Source of the DNA: Chlamydiota bacterium | GTDB taxonomy: Bacteria > Chlamydiota > Chlamydiia > Chlamydiales > SM23-39 | Assembly: GCA_039179045.1 (NCBI GenBank) | Contig: JBCDEZ010000030.1 | Coordinates: forward strand, 1 to 19,200 | Direction: 5' to 3' | DNA length: 19,200 bases | Shown: piece after piece, positions 17,390 to 19,200 of the stretch | How the letters are laid out: every line of letters begins with the position of its first letter | Position numbering within the stretch: position 1 is the first letter of the stretch | Notes under the pieces: model-generated | Databases searched by the model: none | What the model was told of the DNA's origin: nothing | Seen by the model: only the letters and a program-made list of their open reading frames with translations | Translations under genes and position numbers: made by a program

Positions 17390-18047
17390 AACGATTCTCC
17401 ATCACTCTCCAGTCGAGATCTTGGAAGAATAGATCGATGTAGCGCTTCCGCTTGAGACCGAAGACTGTTATGTAAGCGTGCTCCCAAACGTCCATCACAA
17501 GAAGAGGCAAAAGACCTACCAAATTGCCTAGATTGTGCTCTTCGATCCAGACGTTGATCATCCTGCCTGTTTCGGGATCATAAGCGAGCACAACCCATCC
17601 AATTCCTCGGATCATTCCTGTAGCAACAAAGTCCTGTTGCCAAGCCTCGTAACTACCAAACTGCTCCTCTATAGCATCGATTAAGGAAGAATACTGGGGC
17701 AGCGCGCCCCCACCACCAAGCTCAGAAAAGTAGAGCTCGTGCAGACGCATACCGCTCATTTCCATGTTCAGCCTACGCTTGAGCGCTCCATAAGCATACA
17801 ATTTCTCTTCACCCTGCTTGCGCATCTGCTCTAGCTTTTGTAAAAGAGAGCGGCTATTTTTTACATAGCCCTCATAAAGTTTTATGTGCAAGGCAAGTAG
17901 GTTTGGAGGAAACCTAGAAGTCTCCAATAGAATCGAAAAGTCTTGCGGTTCGTACAAAGAAAGATCGCTCTTTGGAGCGCAAGGATGGCTGGATATAGAA
18001 AAAGCGATCAGCATCAGGAAGAATAGGTACATACGGGCCTCTTTCAT
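17373..18047 (-). CDS. Fe/Mn superoxide dismutase family protein with N-terminal signal peptide
   Basis: Ligand motifs LHIKLYEGYV, RLHELYF and MDVWEHAY, plus FGSYEAW and GIGWVVL. Hydrophobic leader MYLFFLMLIAFSISS. Confidence 0.9.
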   Translation of the reverse strand: MKEARMYLFFLMLIAFSISSHPCAPKSDLSLYEPQDFSILLETSRFPPNLLALHIKLYEGYVKNSRSLLQKLEQMRKQGEEKLYAYGALKRRLNMEMSGMRLHELYFSELGGGGALPQYSSLIDAIEEQFGSYEAWQQDFVATGMIRGIGWVVLAYDPETGRMINVWIEEHNLGNLVGLLPLLVMDVWEHAYITVFGLKRKRYIDLFFQDLDWRVMENRFNDAG

Positions 18048-18160
18048 CGAGGTGTACTCGATCTCCTTTTTTTTGGCTACTTCTCCCCATCTAGTCTATT
18101 TTTCTCTATCCTATAAAAGAATGATTTTTCTAACCTACGATAAAGAATTTGGAGATCAGC

Positions 18161-18736
18161 ATGAGAAATACCCGACAAACTAGCTATCCTGTCGACCCTC
18201 TAATTTTAGGCCGCAGATCGGCTCGTGCCATGTCAGGAAAGCCCCTTACCAAAGAGGACTTGATGCCTCTTTTTGAAGCGGCTCGCTGGGCTCCATCGAG
18301 CTACAACCACCAACCTTGGCGTTTTCTCTACGCGCTGGCAGGATCTCCTCAGTGGGCATTATTTTTCTCTTTTCTGCTGAGCAATAACCAAGTCTGGGCG
18401 AGCCGGGCAGGCGCTTTAGTCACGCTAATCTCACGGAACCGCTTTGAGAAGAATGACAAAGCCGCAAGACTGCATAGTTTCGACGCAGGCTCCGCCTTTG
18501 AAAATCTCGCCCTTCAAGGGGTGAAAAACGGTCTGGTTGTTCATCCTATGGAGGGATTTTACGAAGAAAAGGCGAGAATTGCACTGCAGATACCCGATTT
18601 CTACTCAGTGCAGATTATGATTGCTATCGGTTGGCCAGCAGACCCAGAGTGCCTGCCCGAAGAGTTGCGTGCGCGCGAGGTGTGGACAAAAAGAACCCCC
18701 CTCGAAGAGCTCGTCATCGAGGGGATCTACCGCTAG
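18161..18736 (+). CDS. Nitroreductase family protein
   Basis: RRSARAMS, EAARWAPSSYNHQPWRF, SFDAGSA, HPMEGF and IAIG. ATG 18161 follows a GGAG SD. Confidence 0.93.
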   Translation: MRNTRQTSYPVDPLILGRRSARAMSGKPLTKEDLMPLFEAARWAPSSYNHQPWRFLYALAGSPQWALFFSFLLSNNQVWASRAGALVTLISRNRFEKNDKAARLHSFDAGSAFENLALQGVKNGLVVHPMEGFYEEKARIALQIPDFYSVQIMIAIGWPADPECLPEELRAREVWTKRTPLEELVIEGIYR

Positions 18737-18780
18737 GACGCAATCGTTGCCCACTTGACCTTAGGTGGATAAAAAGCGCT

Positions 18781-19110
18781 TCAGATGGTAAGAAGAGCCA
18801 GAGGACTGAGCCCCTTCTTTCTTCTTGCCACAGGCTTTTTTCTAGTGGGGCGCTTGCGGCTTGCGACTCTTTTTTTCGCCGCAGTCGACTTGCGTGCGAC
18901 TTTCTTTTTTGCGACGGTTTTTTTCGCAGGCTTTCTTTTAGCGGTCGTTTTTTTCTTGGCAGCCACCTTTTTTGCAGGCTTTCTTTTAGCGGTCGTTTTT
19001 TTCTTAGCGGCCACCTTTTTTGCAGGCTTTCTTTTAGCGGTCGTTTTTTTCTTAGCGGCCACCTTTTTTGCAGGCTTTTTTTTCGCCGCTACTTTCCTTT
19101 TACTAGACAC
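18781..19110 (-). CDS. Histone H1-like Lys/Ala-rich protein (Hc2/HctB-like); true start probably near 19134 and altered by the palindrome
   Basis: Almost entirely K/A/R/T/V/P, with (KPAKKVAAKKKTTAKR)x3. The frame stays open upstream of GTG 19110 as CTG TTA ACA GTC AAA CGC AAA ACT. Confidence 0.8.
   Translation of the reverse strand: MSSKRKVAAKKKPAKKVAAKKKTTAKRKPAKKVAAKKKTTAKRKPAKKVAAKKKTTAKRKPAKKTVAKKKVARKSTAAKKRVASRKRPTRKKPVARRKKGLSPLALLTI
18926..19078. repeat. 48-bp coding tandem repeat, about 3.2 copies
   Basis: gcaggcttt recurs at 18926, 18974, 19022 and 19070. Units are near-identical and encode a 16-aa repeat. Confidence 0.95.
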
Positions 19111-19200
19111 AGTTTTGCGTTTGACTGTTAACAGTCAAACGCAAAACTGTGTCTAGTAAAAGGAAAGTAGCGGCGAAAAAAAAGCCTGCAAAAAAGGTGG
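19059..19200. repeat. Perfect spacer-less inverted repeat (arms of at least 71 bp, centre 19129/19130), running off the window end
   Basis: 19130-19200 is the exact reverse complement of 19059-19129 (...gcgtttgactgtt|aacagtcaaacgc...). Confidence 0.97.

Noticed and set aside
7803..19110. Acetyltransferase-histone regulatory pair
   Set aside because: The genes are more than 8 kb apart with unrelated genes between them. Nothing in the sequence links them.
18631..19156. Plus-strand repetitive ORFs (166 aa, 123 aa)
   Set aside because: Antisense products of the Lys/Ala repeat gene, open because of low sequence complexity.

Overview
Gene-dense bacterial window, most likely from an environmental Chlamydiota genome. 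This assignment is inferred from a Lys/Ala-repeat Hc2-like histone, a TMEM14 protein and hypothetical proteins of a style I associate with chlamydiae. Left end: the 5' part of a frameshifted IS5-family (IS903-like) transposase that the ORF track misses, with two tandem terminal-repeat copies and an SD-sequestering hairpin, just upstream of a large autotransporter. Middle: a coupled aldo/keto reductase-ABC ATPase-ABC permease operon, a ureide-permease-like transporter, an acetate-CoA ligase/GNAT fusion, a decayed ORF region, an EVE protein, a kinase-like protein, a hypothetical protein, and a lipoprotein-DUF1761-MGDG-synthase-like glycosyltransferase operon. Right part: TMEM14, a signal-peptide-bearing Fe/Mn SOD, a nitroreductase and an Hc2-like gene with 48-bp repeats. 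The window ends in a perfect, spacer-less palindrome of at least 142 bp centred at 19129/19130, at the presumed start of the histone-like gene. A fold-back artefact is the most likely explanation; a hairpin end or real inverted duplication cannot be excluded from sequence alone.
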